From the NCBI RefSeq assembly GCF_036365525.1, contig NC_090406.1, positions 11,092,014-11,156,013 of the forward strand: a stretch of 64,000 bases of DNA, given 5' to 3'. The position numbers were made by a program, and so were the translations under genes. The notes under the pieces are model-generated. The model saw nothing but the letters and a program-made list of their open reading frames with translations. It did no database searches and was not told where the DNA came from. Each line of letters begins with the position of its first letter. The first letter of the stretch is position 1. Below are positions 49,204-61,223 of the stretch, piece after piece. Source of the DNA: Heterodontus francisci. Lineage: Eukaryota.

Positions 49204-49487
49204 GGGGTGAGATTGGTCTTCACCAGCAGTGCGAAACGGGCTTGTCGCGAATCGACAGCTGATTTTTCACCCTGCGTGGTCTTCTCACTACTGAGGTTCA
49301 CAGAACGATAGTTCAAACTCTTTTTGGAGACTCGATTCCTAGTCTCACTGTCACTTTTACTTGCTTTAAAATGAAAAATCTTGTCAATACTTTCCAAGTT
49401 AATGGGAAATCAAAACAGGCGTGGAGAAAAATTGGCTGATTTGCTATGAATCCATTTTACACTGCTGGCACAGTCCACTTTCACCCT
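49204..49487. mobile_element. Old palindromic MITE-like element
   Basis: About 70-bp imperfect inverted arms GGGTGAGATTGG..CCAGCAGTG..ATTTTTC versus GAAAAAT..CACTGCTGG..CCACTTTCACCC; TAT on both flanks. Confidence 0.65.
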
Positions 49488-49489
49488 AT

Positions 49490-49890
49490 TATCTTAAAGT
49501 TAGAGCCAGGCCATTCAGGAGCAAAATCAAGAAACTTTTGCACACAAAGGGTAGTAGAAATCTGGAATTCTCTTCTCCAGAAGACTGGTGGACAACTGGA
49601 TTTCCCAAGACTGAGATAGATAGTTTTTCTTAGGTAAGGGTGTTAATGGATATGTAGCAATGGCCTGTTGAAAGGTCACAGACCTGAAACATTAACTCTC
49701 CTTCTCTCTCCACAGATGCTGCCAGACATGCTGAGTATTTCCAGCACTTTTCTGTTTTTATTTCAGATTTCCAGCATCTGCAGTATTTTGCTTTTATTGA
49801 AGCAATGGCCAGTTGAGGTGCAGATCAGCCATGAGCTGGTTGAATGGTGGAGCAAACTTGAGGGGCTGAATGGTCTACTCCTGTTCTTTA
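49490..49890 (+). mobile_element. CR1 3' end interrupted by a Penelope fragment
   Basis: LKVRARPFRS remnant and GGGCTGAATGGTCTACTCCTGTTC tail. Confidence 0.75.
49666..49800 (+). mobile_element. Penelope-like terminal fragment
   Basis: TGTTGAAAGGTCACAGACCTGAAACATTAACTC; 10-bp TSD AGCAATGGCC (49656-49665, 49801-49810). Confidence 0.85.
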
Positions 49891-50789
49891 TCTTCCAATA
49901 AGGGAGCTAGATTTATCAGTGTGTAAAAGCCATAAGCCAGCTTACAGACTGTGGTCTCTCAGGATTTGATGGCGGGTTCAGGGAGCCAGATGTAGCAGCG
50001 TAAACATCACGAACCAGTTCATGGATACTGGTCTCCCAGAATCCCGAACAAAATATTTCCAATCTATATGTGGGTGAGCCATATTTAGATTGTGGTGCTC
50101 AGTTTTGCATGCCCTACTTTAGGAAGGATGTCAAGGCTGTGGAATGAGTGCAGAAGAGAATCTCTAAGGTGATAGAATGCAGGAGTATTTATAAGGAGAG
50201 ATTAGAGAAACCGGGGCTTTTTCATTGGAACAAAGAAGGTTAAGAAGTGACCTGATAGAGGTGTTGAACATTATCAATTGTTATTATAAGGTAAATTGGA
50301 AAGGCAGCTTTGGTTGGTGAATGAACATTAAATGTACGGTATTTAAAACAGTTAAGACTGTAACATTAAGGAGGTTTGTGATGAAATAATGGCGGGGCTA
50401 ACCACAATTTTCCCAACATCTTTGGCAATGGAAATTGTATCAAAAATGTGGCAAATATTACACCACCGTGAAGTGCCTTGGGATGTTTTACTACATCAGA
50501 GGTGCTATATAAATGCAAGTTGTTGTTGGTGACAAAAGGGGATTGCAATTAGGCTAGCAACTATAAATCTGTTAGCTTCATATCAGTAGTAGGAAAGCTG
50601 CTAAAGGCCTTAAGAAACATTGATAAGTACATAGAAAAATCAGGGTCAGTCAACATCAATGCGTAAAAGATATGTATAAACTAAATACAGCTCTTGAAGA
50701 AAATTGCTGAGTGAACATATAAAGGGAATGAAATTAAGGGAAAAAGCATTTGGACTTCCAAAAAACACGCAATGAAATGAAAAAAGGAG

Positions 50790-51215
50790 AAAGAATTGCA
50801 TTTACATTGCACCTTCCACAAACACAGAACTTCTCAAGATACTATACTGTCAATGAAGTACTTTTGAAGTGTAGTCAATGATTTAATGTAGGAAACATGG
50901 CAGGCAATTTATGCACAGCAAGGTCCCATAAATAGCAATGTGGTGATGACCAGATCATCTGTTTTTGTAATGTCAGGGATAAATATTGGCCATGACAGCA
51001 GGGATAACTCCCCTGCTGTTCTTGGAAATAGCACCATGGAATCTTTTACATCCACCTGGCCTTAGTTTATGGTCTCATCCAAAAGATGGCACATCTGACA
51101 GTGCAGCACTCCCTCACTACTGCACCAGAGTGCCAGCTTTGATTTTTGTGCTCAAGTTGGTCTAGAACCCACAACTTTCTGAGTCAGAGGCAGGAGTGCT
51201 ACCCACTGAGCTGCA
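50790..51215 (-). mobile_element. DeuSINE, near full length
   Basis: Reverse complement of 31969-32430, ending GAGTGCTACCCACTGAGC. Confidence 0.85.
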
Positions 51216-52800
51216 GGACATTGGCTTTAAAGTTTAAGACCCCATTTTTTGTGGAGCTGATTGAAGGCGAAATATTGGCCAGAACATGTAGAATGCTGTA
51301 ATTTTTCTTCAGATGGTGAACAGGCGGATGGGACTTCAGTTTCACCACTGAGCACAAGCCACTCCATTTACATATTTAGATTCTACCCACCTATTTAATC
51401 TCTTTCTACATTCTACATAAATTGTCACTGATTCCTAAAGCTCATAAAGCAAAAATCCAAACTATTCATTTATTATCATCTTCACTAGTGATCCCTGGCC
51501 TGTCACCTCCACCCTCTTACCTCCCCCTTCCATTCAGCCCTAGAAGTAGGGGAGCCATTATATCCTGTCAATCTGTGCCGATCCCTCTAACCTCCAATCC
51601 TATCCACAGTGAACCATTTATTCAGTTCCTTTCTGAGGAAATTAATCAGCACAGCCTCAAGTCCATTCACTGGAAGTCTGTTCCAATACTCCATTGGGGG
51701 AAGGGTTAGATGCTTCAAATCTCCAAACCTACTTAAGGCATCTTTATTTTAGTCCACTGATTTTGTGCTCGCCCTCAAAGTCAAACTGCCTGCTTACATC
51801 TACGTCAGATATACCACTTTTCATTATGATATGTATTTACTGTGCTCTGATATCAGAGCTTAGAAATGATCAGTTTATAGTTTTAGGACTCGAATGATAA
51901 TGGCCATTGCCCACAACAAATTCATTTCAGTTGACTTGTTAGTCTTGCCTTGAGCAATAGAGAAAAATATTTTGCCCTCTTCGCTGTTGCGTTGCAGACG
52001 CAACTTTTTTTTGTCGCCCGGTTTGAAGAAACGTTTTAAAAATAAACAGGATGTATTATTTGTTTGTTTTAGAAAGATTTATTAGTTTTGCGAAACTCAA
52101 AACTCCATGAGTACAAAGCCAACATAAATTGCAAAACAGGACTGCAAATGAAGCAATCTTCACTCCACGATGTCTTAGCACCCATAAAATCTTGCTGTGA
52201 CTAAATCTTCCCTTCTTGCAAGGCTCTTGCAAAATTCTGGCCTATGCTAGGAATTCTAAAGAATCTCAGGACGGTATGTGCCATGGTTTTTATGGCAGGA
52301 ACACAAGACTGGCTGCAGTTGTAACTCAGCTATATCAGCTTGGAAAGTCTGCATGTAACACAAGCAGAATAGCTTTCCCGCAGGGCTTCACCTACCTCTA
52401 GAATTCTCCTCTAGCTCTATAATTTGGGTTTCTCCAGACACCTTTCTGCGGCAATCACAACAGCCAAACCCCACAGGGAAGCCCATGCTTCCTTCGCACT
52501 TCATTTGTTCTCGAGATATGGGCAATGCTAAAAAGGCTTTATTGGCCATTCCTAGTTTACCCTCAGTAACCTCATTTGGCATGTTGCAGTGAACACTGCA
52601 TCAGGATCGCACCCCAATTCTGGCATGACCCAATTACCAAGCCGCCAACTGACTTCTAATCTATATCTCCCACCCATGCTGTACTGAGAGTTTAACTCCT
52701 TGAGGGGTCATTTTAACTAAAAGTTCTATTATACCACATTCTCAACATGGAAGCTAAGCCAGAAATCTCAGAACATAAGGAAAAAGAAAGACTTGCATTT

Positions 52801-52857
52801 CTATACTATTTCTATACTATACTATACTATTCTATAGTATTTACTGTACTATACTAT
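52801..52857. repeat. (CTATA)n degenerate microsatellite
   Basis: CTATACTATTCTATACTATACTATACTAT..., expanded within the SINE tail. Confidence 0.85.
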
Positions 52858-53090
52858 CAGACATTCCAAGGTGCCTTACTGCCAATCCTTTGAAAATCTA
52901 GTCACTGTTATAACATAGGAAACATGACAGCCAACCTGCACACAGCAAGATCCCACAAAACAGGAATGTGACAATGACCAGATAATCTGTTTTTAGGTGT
53001 TGGTTGAAGGATACATATTGGCAAGCACACTGTGGAGAGCTCTCATACTCTTCTTTGAAATAGTGGCCATGGAAGCTTTTACATTCGCCT

Positions 53091-54362
53091 AACATCCTAT
53101 GTGACTGTAACATAGGCAAACTTGCTCCCCTCGTCCTTCGCGACCTATCGGCAACCTTCAACATGGTTGACCACACCATCCTCCTCCAACGCCTCTCCAC
53201 TGTCGTCCAGCTGCGTGGGACTGCTCTCACCTGGTACCATTCTTATCTAATCGTAGCCAGAGATCACTTGCAATGGCTTCTCTTCTTGCTCCTGCACCGT
53301 TACATCTGGTGTCCCCCAAGGATCTATCCTTGGCCCCCTTTTATTTCCTGTCTGCATGCTGTCCTTCAGCGACATCGTCCGAAAGCACAGCATTAGTTTT
53401 CACATGCATGCTGACGACATTCAGCGCTATCTCACCACCACTTCTCTTGACTCCTCCACTGTTGCAAAATTATCAGACTGCTTATTCGACATCCAGTACT
53501 GGATGAACAGAAAATTCTTCCAATTAAATATTGGAAAGACTGAAGCCATTGTTTTCGGTCCCTGCTCCAAACTCTGTTCCCTTGCTACCTATACCATTCC
53601 TCTCCCTGGCAACGGTCTGAGATTAAGTCATTCTGTTCGCAACCTTGGTGTCACATTTGACCCTGAGATGAGTTTCCCATCATTCATGCCATCACTAAGA
53701 CCGCCTATTTCCACCTCCGTAACATCGTCCGACTTTGCCCCTGTCTCAGTTCATCTGTTGCTGCAACCCTCATTCATGCCTTCGTTACCTCTAAATTTGA
53801 TTATTCTAACACACTCCTGGCCAGACTCCCACATTCTACTCTCCCTAAACTTGAGGTCATCCATAAATCTGCTGTCCATGTCTTACCTCGCACTAGTCCC
53901 ATTCCCCTATCATCTCTGTGCTCGCTGACCTACATTGGATCCCAGTTAAGCAACATCCTTATTTTAAAATTCTCATCCTTGTTTCCAAATTCGTCCATGG
54001 CCTCACCCCTTCCTATCTCTGTAATCTCCTTCAGCCCCACAAACCTCTAAGATATCTGCGCTCCTCTAATTCAGGGCTCTTGTGCATCATTAATTTTAAT
54101 TGCTCCACCATTGGTGGCTGCGCCTTCTGTTGCCTAAGCCCCAAGCTCTGGTCTACCCTCCCTACACCTCTCCGCCTCTCCATCTCGCTTTCCTCCGTTA
54201 ACTATCTCTTTGAACATGCTTTTAGTCATCTGACCTAATATCTCCTATCGTGGCTTGGCATCGTACTTTGTTTTATAATGCTCCTGTGAAGTGCCTTGGG
54301 ACATTTTATTACGTTAAAGGTGCTCTATAAATATAAGTTGTATATGGGTTGTTGTTGTTGTT
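53091..54362 (+). mobile_element. L2 LINE, RT region to 3' end, degraded
   Basis: DL.ATF.MVDHTILLQRL; GVPQGSILGP; FHMHADDIQ; QLNIGKTE; VRNLGVTFD; LHWIPV..FKIL; (TTG)n tail. Confidence 0.9.
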
Positions 54363-55529
54363 GAGAGGGCAGACAGAGCCTTGGTTTATTGTCTCATCTG
54401 AAGGATGGCACCTCCATACTTCACCAAAATGTCATCCTAGCCTAAATGTCTTACCCACAATGCCATGGCTCTTTTGAGCTGGAATTTTGGGTACGATACC
54501 AGACTATAGAGAACAAGATCTTGGTTTTGAGACCACCCCCACCCCCCACCAACCACCCCCTTGATTTTAGTTTGAGTGGAATTGAGTTGACTTTAGTACT
54601 CAAGGATTGACCGATAGGAAAAGAAAACCAGCCAGGGTTTCTACTCCTGATTGCTATCTGGAGCGTCCTGCTGGTAAGTGTCTGTGGACACACGGTGGGT
54701 GAGGGCAGGATAGCTGACATGCCCTCCAAAGCCATGTAATTCATTACCACGTAATGTCTCAGATCACACATGAAGAATGGTCACCTGCATGATGCACCAG
54801 AGATGGACCCGTGGCAGTGGAACAGTACCACAAGTCAGTGTTATCAGACTGGGGAGAGAAAACAGAAGCACATAATGAACCAAGATGGTTTGTAAAAATA
54901 TCACTGCCTTCTATTCTTGTGGAAAGATCAAAGAGTGGCTTTACTGAGTCTGATCCTCAGCTCAATCGCTGTCCCAATATCCTATGCAATGAAGCCAACT
55001 GTAACAATTCCCAACAGCTGTTTAAAAAAAAAAGCTCAATGTAACAATGCAAATGTCCAAATAATTTGTGAACCAGAGCTTAATTTCTATCTAATGTCCA
55101 CAAGAAGGAAAAGATCCTTCAACACTCTTCATTAAAGCCAGCTCTGAAACTATCGATGTAGCAATGTTTGTTTGGAAATGTTGGTACAGTGGAATTATTT
55201 TCTTTCTGTAAAGGATTATGCCATTAATGGAATTAAAATGCTAGTAGGCATCTGTTTATTCTTGAATCTGACTTGCCAGTGCAATGACACTGGAAGAAAT
55301 TGTGGCATTCTCTAATGTGTGGTAATACTATATTTATATAAAGCATTCATTTCTCAACAAGGATCTTATTAAATCCTCTGCTGTGACTTCCTTTCCTTTC
55401 CTTTCCCTTTTTGTTAGGGATCATTGAGAATTATTTATTTAGCAAAAGTTAAAAAAATACACATGCTTGTAGTCTGAAATAAAAACAGAACACCCTGGAA
55501 ATTGCATATTGGTGTGAGATTTAGAAAGA

Positions 55530-55915
55530 AAGAAATTGTATTTATATAATACATCATCAGGGCATCGCAAAGCGATTCACAAATGATTAATTACTTTTTG
55601 AAGTCAGTCGGTATATGCATGCAAAGGCGGCACCGTGTTTGCATAGAGTAAGATCCCACAAACAGCAAAGGCATGAATTGGCAGTTTGTCTGTTTTTGGT
55701 TGTATTGGTTGAGGGAAGAATCTTGGCCACAGCAATCCTTGTTTTGTCTTTAAATAATTCTATGAGATCGTTTTTGTCTAACTGAACATCTTATTTGAAG
55801 GTCCATACAGCTGTCCCTCACTACTGACCGCTCTGGACTGTCAGCCTAGATTGTGTGTTCAAGGAGAGGGTCTTGAGTCCTTCTCACTAAGTTGACCATG
55901 TTGGCAACTGAGTCG
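55530..55915 (-). mobile_element. DeuSINE, decayed
   Basis: AAGATCCCACAAACAGCAA..GGTTGAGGGA..TGTCAGCCTAGATTGTGTGTTCAAG. Confidence 0.65.
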
Positions 55916-57417
55916 AGATCAGAGGGAAGAAATCTCAGATCTGGGCAGAGTTAGCTGGCCCCACTTTGTGTAATGGTTGGGACACCTACAAGTGCTCTCA
56001 ATGCTCCTGGGCTCCAGTGTTCCTGATCCAGTGACCCCATATTGAAAAGTGCAAGTGTGCACACAATGTGTGGGCATAGCATTTACGCCATTTCTCCAGA
56101 GTTTTTGCAGATCTTCCGCTGAAGCTACAGAAGGTGTGCGGGAGAATGCTCTGGAATTTCCTTAGGGTTCCACTTGTACTTGTCTTCCTAAAGACTGCGC
56201 CTACAGTACCTGAAGCATATCAGCAGCAGCACAGGAAGCCCCAACTTTAGTGCACGATGTATCTGCATAATAGTATTTGGATGTTAAGATGCAATCCTTA
56301 CAGCAATGAGGCTGTGTAAAGCTGATTTATTTTATTGAAGAATTTAATCCAGAAATAATACTTTTGGATATGCCAAGAAAGCTGGAAATGAGGCCACAAG
56401 ATTAAGGGTTGTGAAGAGTCTGCAGTAGAGGAAGGGAGATGAAAGAAAAGACAGAGAAGTAAAGAACTAAATTTCTGAATTTAACTTGTCTTGGTTTTGA
56501 AATAATGCCATAGATTTTTTTTTCTCAGTCGCATATTTCACTAAAGAAAGTGTAAGTATCCTTAATGTGGTTGACAATTACACTGAAGAATACTTAAAAT
56601 ATAAGACAGTATTGTCTCCTTTTTTCATTACCACTTCCTGTGCTGTACTTGGTCTCTAAGTGTGATCTTTGTGACTGGATATAATCATCAGTTGGGTTCA
56701 AACTCTGATGTACCAAATGAGCCCTTTGTCTTCATGGATAAAGCATTCCATTGCAATTGGAACCAATCTGGTCACACAAGTAAATAAACTGCATCAAACT
56801 GGCCAAACTAACTCCATCCACATTTTGCTGCAACTTTGCCAAAATAACTAAGAAGGTTCCAGGTTCAATAATGGTTCTGTGCTGGGTTAGTTGACCTAAG
56901 ATTAAACTTTCTCTTGTGGATTTGCTTTAAGGATTCTTTATAATCCATGGTTTGAAAACATTGTATACATCTGAGCCTCTGTTAATAAACTCCATCTTCA
57001 GTGTTTGGCTTCAAACCAATGGTTTAATTGATACATTGTCAGCTCCTGATTACTGAGAAACCGTCACGAAACAAAAGATTGACTTGCATTTATATAGCAC
57101 TTTTCATGACCACCGGACCTCTCAAAGCACTTTACAACCAATGACGTGCTTTTAAAGTGTAATCACTGTTGTAATGGAGGAAACGTGGCAGTCAATTTGC
57201 ACACAGAAAGCTTGCACAAGCTGCAATGTGATAATGACCAGATAATCTGTTTTTGTGATTGTTGATTGAGGGATAAATATTGGACTGGACACCGGGGATA
57301 ACTCCCCTGCTCTTCTTTGAAATAGTGCCATTTGATCATTTGCATCCACTTCAGTGGCAGATAGGGTTTTGGTTTAACATCGCATCCAATAAAAACAGCA
57401 TCTCCCACAGTGCATCA

Positions 57418-57941
57418 AAGAACAAAGAACAAAGAACAAAGAACAGTACAGCACAGGAACAGGCCATTTGCCCTCCAAGCCTGCGCCGATCTTGATGCCT
57501 GCCTAAACTAACACCTTCTGCAATTCCGGGGCCCATATCCCACTATTCCCTTCCTATTCATGTATTTGTCAAGATGTCTCTTAAACGTCGCTATCGTATC
57601 TGCTTCCACCACCTCCCCTGGCAGCAAGTTCCAGGCACTCACCACCCTCTGTGTAAAAAACTTGCCTCGCACATCCCCTCTAAACTTTGCCCCTCGCACC
57701 TTAAACCTATGTCCCCTAGTAACTGACTCTTCCACCCTGGGAAAAAGCTTCTGACTATCCACTCTGTCCATGCCGCTCATAACTTTGTAAACCTCTATCA
57801 TGTCGCCCCTCCACCTCCGTCGTTCCAGTGAAAACAATCCGAGTTTTACCAACCTCTCCGCATAGCTAATGCCTTAAAGACCAGGCAACATCCTGGTAAA
57901 CCTCCTCTGTACCCTCTCCAAAGCCTCCACGTCCTTCTGGT
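57418..57941 (-). mobile_element. Young CR1 3' end
   Basis: ORF KLGLFSLERRR.RGDMIEVYK..TRGHRFKVRG..FFTQRVV; (AAAGAAC)n tail on the plus strand; ATCAA on both flanks; CpGs retained. Confidence 0.9.
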
Positions 57942-58000
57942 AATCAATCTATCAGTACTACACTAGAATGTCAATGTTAATTATTTGAATTCAAGTCCCG

Positions 58001-58655
58001 GGGCTGGATTTTGTGGAGGAGGCACGGCTCACAGCGCTGGGCCGAAAATGTGGGGCCAACTCCACCTCAGCGTTTTCACGACCCCCCACCAGAGCGATTC
58101 TTCTGGTCTTTTAACCCCTATGTTTTAGGAGTCGGGATTCCCACTCCTTTAAAGAAGACGATCCTGCCTCCAAGAGCTGCCAGCCAATCAGAGGGCTGTC
58201 AGCTCGGTAGTATCAACAGCACCACTGAGAGCAGTGGCCACTGCTGGCACTGCAGAAGCCTCAGACCCAGGCCCAGTGCTGTAACACCGGATGACAGCTA
58301 AGTGAGGTGGGGTCCACGGGGCCAGTCCGGAAGACCACGGCAAGGTGGGGTGGTCATGCAGTCCAGGAGGAGGGGGGATCCCAGGGGGTAAAGTGGTTGC
58401 TGGCAGGGGTCCTCCGTGGATCACAGATTGCCCATGAAGGTGGGACCCCCTCCCCCCAATCTCCCCCCAAGGCACCCTCCCACCATGGCCAAAGCCCCCC
58501 TGCCATTGGTAAGATCCCAGCGGTGGTGGGAAGAGGCCTTTATTTGGTCACTTAAGGGCCTCAGTTGGCCTCTGGACAGGAAGGCGATCGTCGGCCTATC
58601 CCGCCCTGGGAAAACAGCTTTGCATTGGGGCAGAAACGGGACCCCTCCCACCTCC
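58001..58655. mobile_element. Harbinger-type MITE lacking its right TIR
   Basis: Starts GGGCTGGATTTT; family motifs CAGCCAATCAGAGGG and CACTTAAGGGCC. Confidence 0.7.
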
Positions 58656-59742
58656 AGAGATTACGCTTCAAAAGTACTTAATTGGCTGTAAAGTGCTTTG
58701 AGAGGTCCAGCAGTCATGAAAGGCAATATATAAATGCAAGTTTTTCTTCTCTTTGGTGATGGTTTCTCAGTAATCAAGTCCTTGGAATGGGACTTGAATC
58801 CACAACCATCTGACTCAGAGGCAAGAGTGCTACCAACAAACCTCGAGCCAAAAGAATTTATGTTGATATAGTACCTTTTACATCATTGGGACATCGCAAA
58901 CATGCTTCACAAGCAGTGCAATTACTTTAACGGTGAAGTCACTGTTGACCTGTAAGCAAACACAACAGCCAATCTGTTCCCAGCAAAATCTCACAAAGAG
59001 TAATGAGATGAATGACTGGTTAATCAGTCTTTGGTAGTGTTGGTTAATTGTTTTTACTCAAACTGATATGGAACATTGACATTTACTGAAGGAAAAGAAT
59101 ATCTCATACTCCTTTTTTTGCTCTCCCAGGGTGGGGTGGGTAGTGAGGGTATAATCAGGGTGTAATGCAACATTAGGAAACTCTGCAACGGCTAAATCCC
59201 CAAAGTTTTCTGAAGTTGCGGTGGGGGTGACATTGGCAAAGATAAGGATAAAAAGAGAATGGCTTCTGGACATCCAGGAAAGGAAGCTGCAGAGAAACGA
59301 GGTTCAGGGAATTTAGAAGGGAGGTGGTTCAAGGGGTCATTCCCTCTTCAATCACCTGGCAAATGGCTATTCATTGCCATAAACATTTCAGTGACCTCAC
59401 CAGGTTGGTCAAGTTAAGTTAAGTCATGACTGCCCCTGCAGATACTGAAATAGTGCTGGAAGCATCACTACACCATCCAGCATCACATTGCATAAAAGAA
59501 GGGGTGAATGAATGAGAGAGTTATTTAAGCACAAGATAACCTCACCACTAGCATAACACCCCCATCCAGACACCCCTTGTCTACCACTCCATTGTCTCAT
59601 ATACATTTCATAGTGTTTGAGTGAACCGAGGTTTACATTGCCTGTACCTGAAAGCATGATCACAATGTCTGTGGACACCTGGGTCAAAGGAAATTGCAGC
59701 CTATCTACGCCTTTATCTTCTTTGCAAAGGAGAGACAGAACA

Positions 59743-60096
59743 GGGCGGCACAGTGGCGCAGTGGTTAGCACTGCAGCCTCACAGCTCCAGGGACCCGGGT
59801 TCGATTCAGGGTACTGCCTGTGTGGAGTTTGCAAGTTCTCCCTGTGTCTGCGTGGGTTTTCTCCGTGTGCTCCGGTTTCCTCCCACAAGCCAAAAGACTT
59901 GCAGGTTGTTAGGTAAATTGACCATTATAAATTGTCACTAGTATAGGTAGGTGGTAGGGAAATATAGGGACAGGTGGGGATGTTTGGTAGGAATATGGGA
60001 TTAGTGTAGGATTAGTATAAATGGGTGGTTGATGGTCGGCACAGACTCGGTGGGCCGAAGGGCCTGTTTCAGTGCTGTATCTCTAATCTAATCTAA
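59743..60096 (+). mobile_element. V-SINE with (CTAAT)n tail, full length
   Basis: Head, V domain and tail as at 35328; GAGAGACAGAACA on both flanks (59730-59742, 60104-60116). Confidence 0.9.
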
Positions 60097-60279
60097 CATG
60101 CTCGAGAGACAGAACATGCTCGAGAGGCTGAATGGACTACTGCTGTTCCTATGTTTCTATGTGCACAACCAAGAGCAGAGGAGTTCCATCAGGGCCCTTG
60201 AGGAGACATGAGGGAACTCTACATTTCCTGGGCAGGGAGGCAGTGGGAGATATTGTGGGGGAATCTGTCAGGTTCATGT

Positions 60280-60590
60280 TGAACCAAAGCGGGAAATGCT
60301 GGAAATACTCAGCAGGTCTGGCAGCAACTGTGGAGAGAGAAACAGAGTTAACGATTCAGCTTGTGACCTTTCATCAGAACTGGCAAAAGTTAGAAATGTA
60401 GTAGGTATTGACCAAGTGAAGGGGTGGGGAGAGGGAAGAAGAACAAAAGGGAATGTCTGTGATAGGGCAGAGGGCAGGAGAGATTAAATGACAAAAGGTT
60501 TCATGGTACAAAGCCAAAGCCGGTAGTTAATGGGACAAATGAAACAAAAGATGTGTCTGGATGAAGTGTAAGGACAGGTTAGCAGCCGCC
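60280..60590 (-). mobile_element. Penelope-like 3' end
   Basis: Collinear with 37190-37500; minus strand AGTT-CTGATGA-AAGGTC..GAATCGTT-AACT hammerhead with GAAA changed to GAAT. Confidence 0.8.
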
Positions 60591-60899
60591 CATGAATATT
60601 TGAGTGGATTAATTGTCATAGGTGTTCACTACCTTCAGACAATCTGATTATTTAACAGGGACATCTTCTGATTTGCAAGTTAGGATGAGCTCCTCCTAAA
60701 ATGAATATCCTTTGTGTCTCTCATGAGAAAGAAAGATGTGGCAAGCAGCTAGGCAGCTCTACAATGCCAATTCCTTCACACACTCATCCTGGCACCAAAC
60801 GTCTTCGTACGGAGGGAGTATCTCAGAGCACAGGAGGAGATTGCAGAGAGAGTTGAGGAAACAGCCTTTTCTCCCTGGAGGAGGCAGAAGGAGGAGCTG

Positions 60900-61223
60900 G
60901 AGATACTCTTGGCTGTGAGGGGCCGAGTCTTTAAAAGATCAATGATTGGGGAGTGTTGATCTCATGTGCAGCCAGTGTGGGTGTGTAAGGGCGATGAACT
61001 GAGACTGAGTTCTGACAGAAGACGTCTTAGGCCCATTTTATTCAGAAAAGAAAATCCAAGCCAGACTTTCTTAGCCCTCGCCTACATAATGGTAAAATAG
61101 TGTAATTTTCCATTTAGTTTGGATCTTTGTGACCTTACAGTTGAGAAAAATCCCGCAATAATTCAGTCCTGCTTTTCATGCGCTCACTATCACAGCTCAG
61201 TGACCGACGGTGACCTCCGGTCA
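60900..61223 (-). promoter_or_regulatory. Candidate Pol II promoter with upstream DR4
   Basis: Minus-strand order: DR4 (61201-61216), CACCC (60977-60985), E-box CACATG (60963-60968), CCAATCA (60943-60949), TTTTAAA (60930-60936). Motifs only. Confidence 0.3.

Larger units (their letters stand above)
52785..54445 (-). mobile_element. DeuSINE split by L2
   Basis: Pieces 52785-53090 and 54362-54445 join as CTTTTACATTCGCCT|GAGAGGGCAGAC. Confidence 0.7.
57078..58838 (-). mobile_element. DeuSINE split by a CR1 and a composite insert
   Basis: Collinear pieces at 57078-57417, about 57945-57998 and 58774-58838. Confidence 0.7.

Noticed and set aside
49179-49397. 72-aa ORF resembling an exon
   Set aside because: Lies within a palindromic MITE-like element and has no convincing splice sites.
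55277-55295. miR-130/301 seed-like CAGTGCAATG
   Set aside because: Only a 6-bp local hairpin; the rest of the mature sequence and the precursor are absent.
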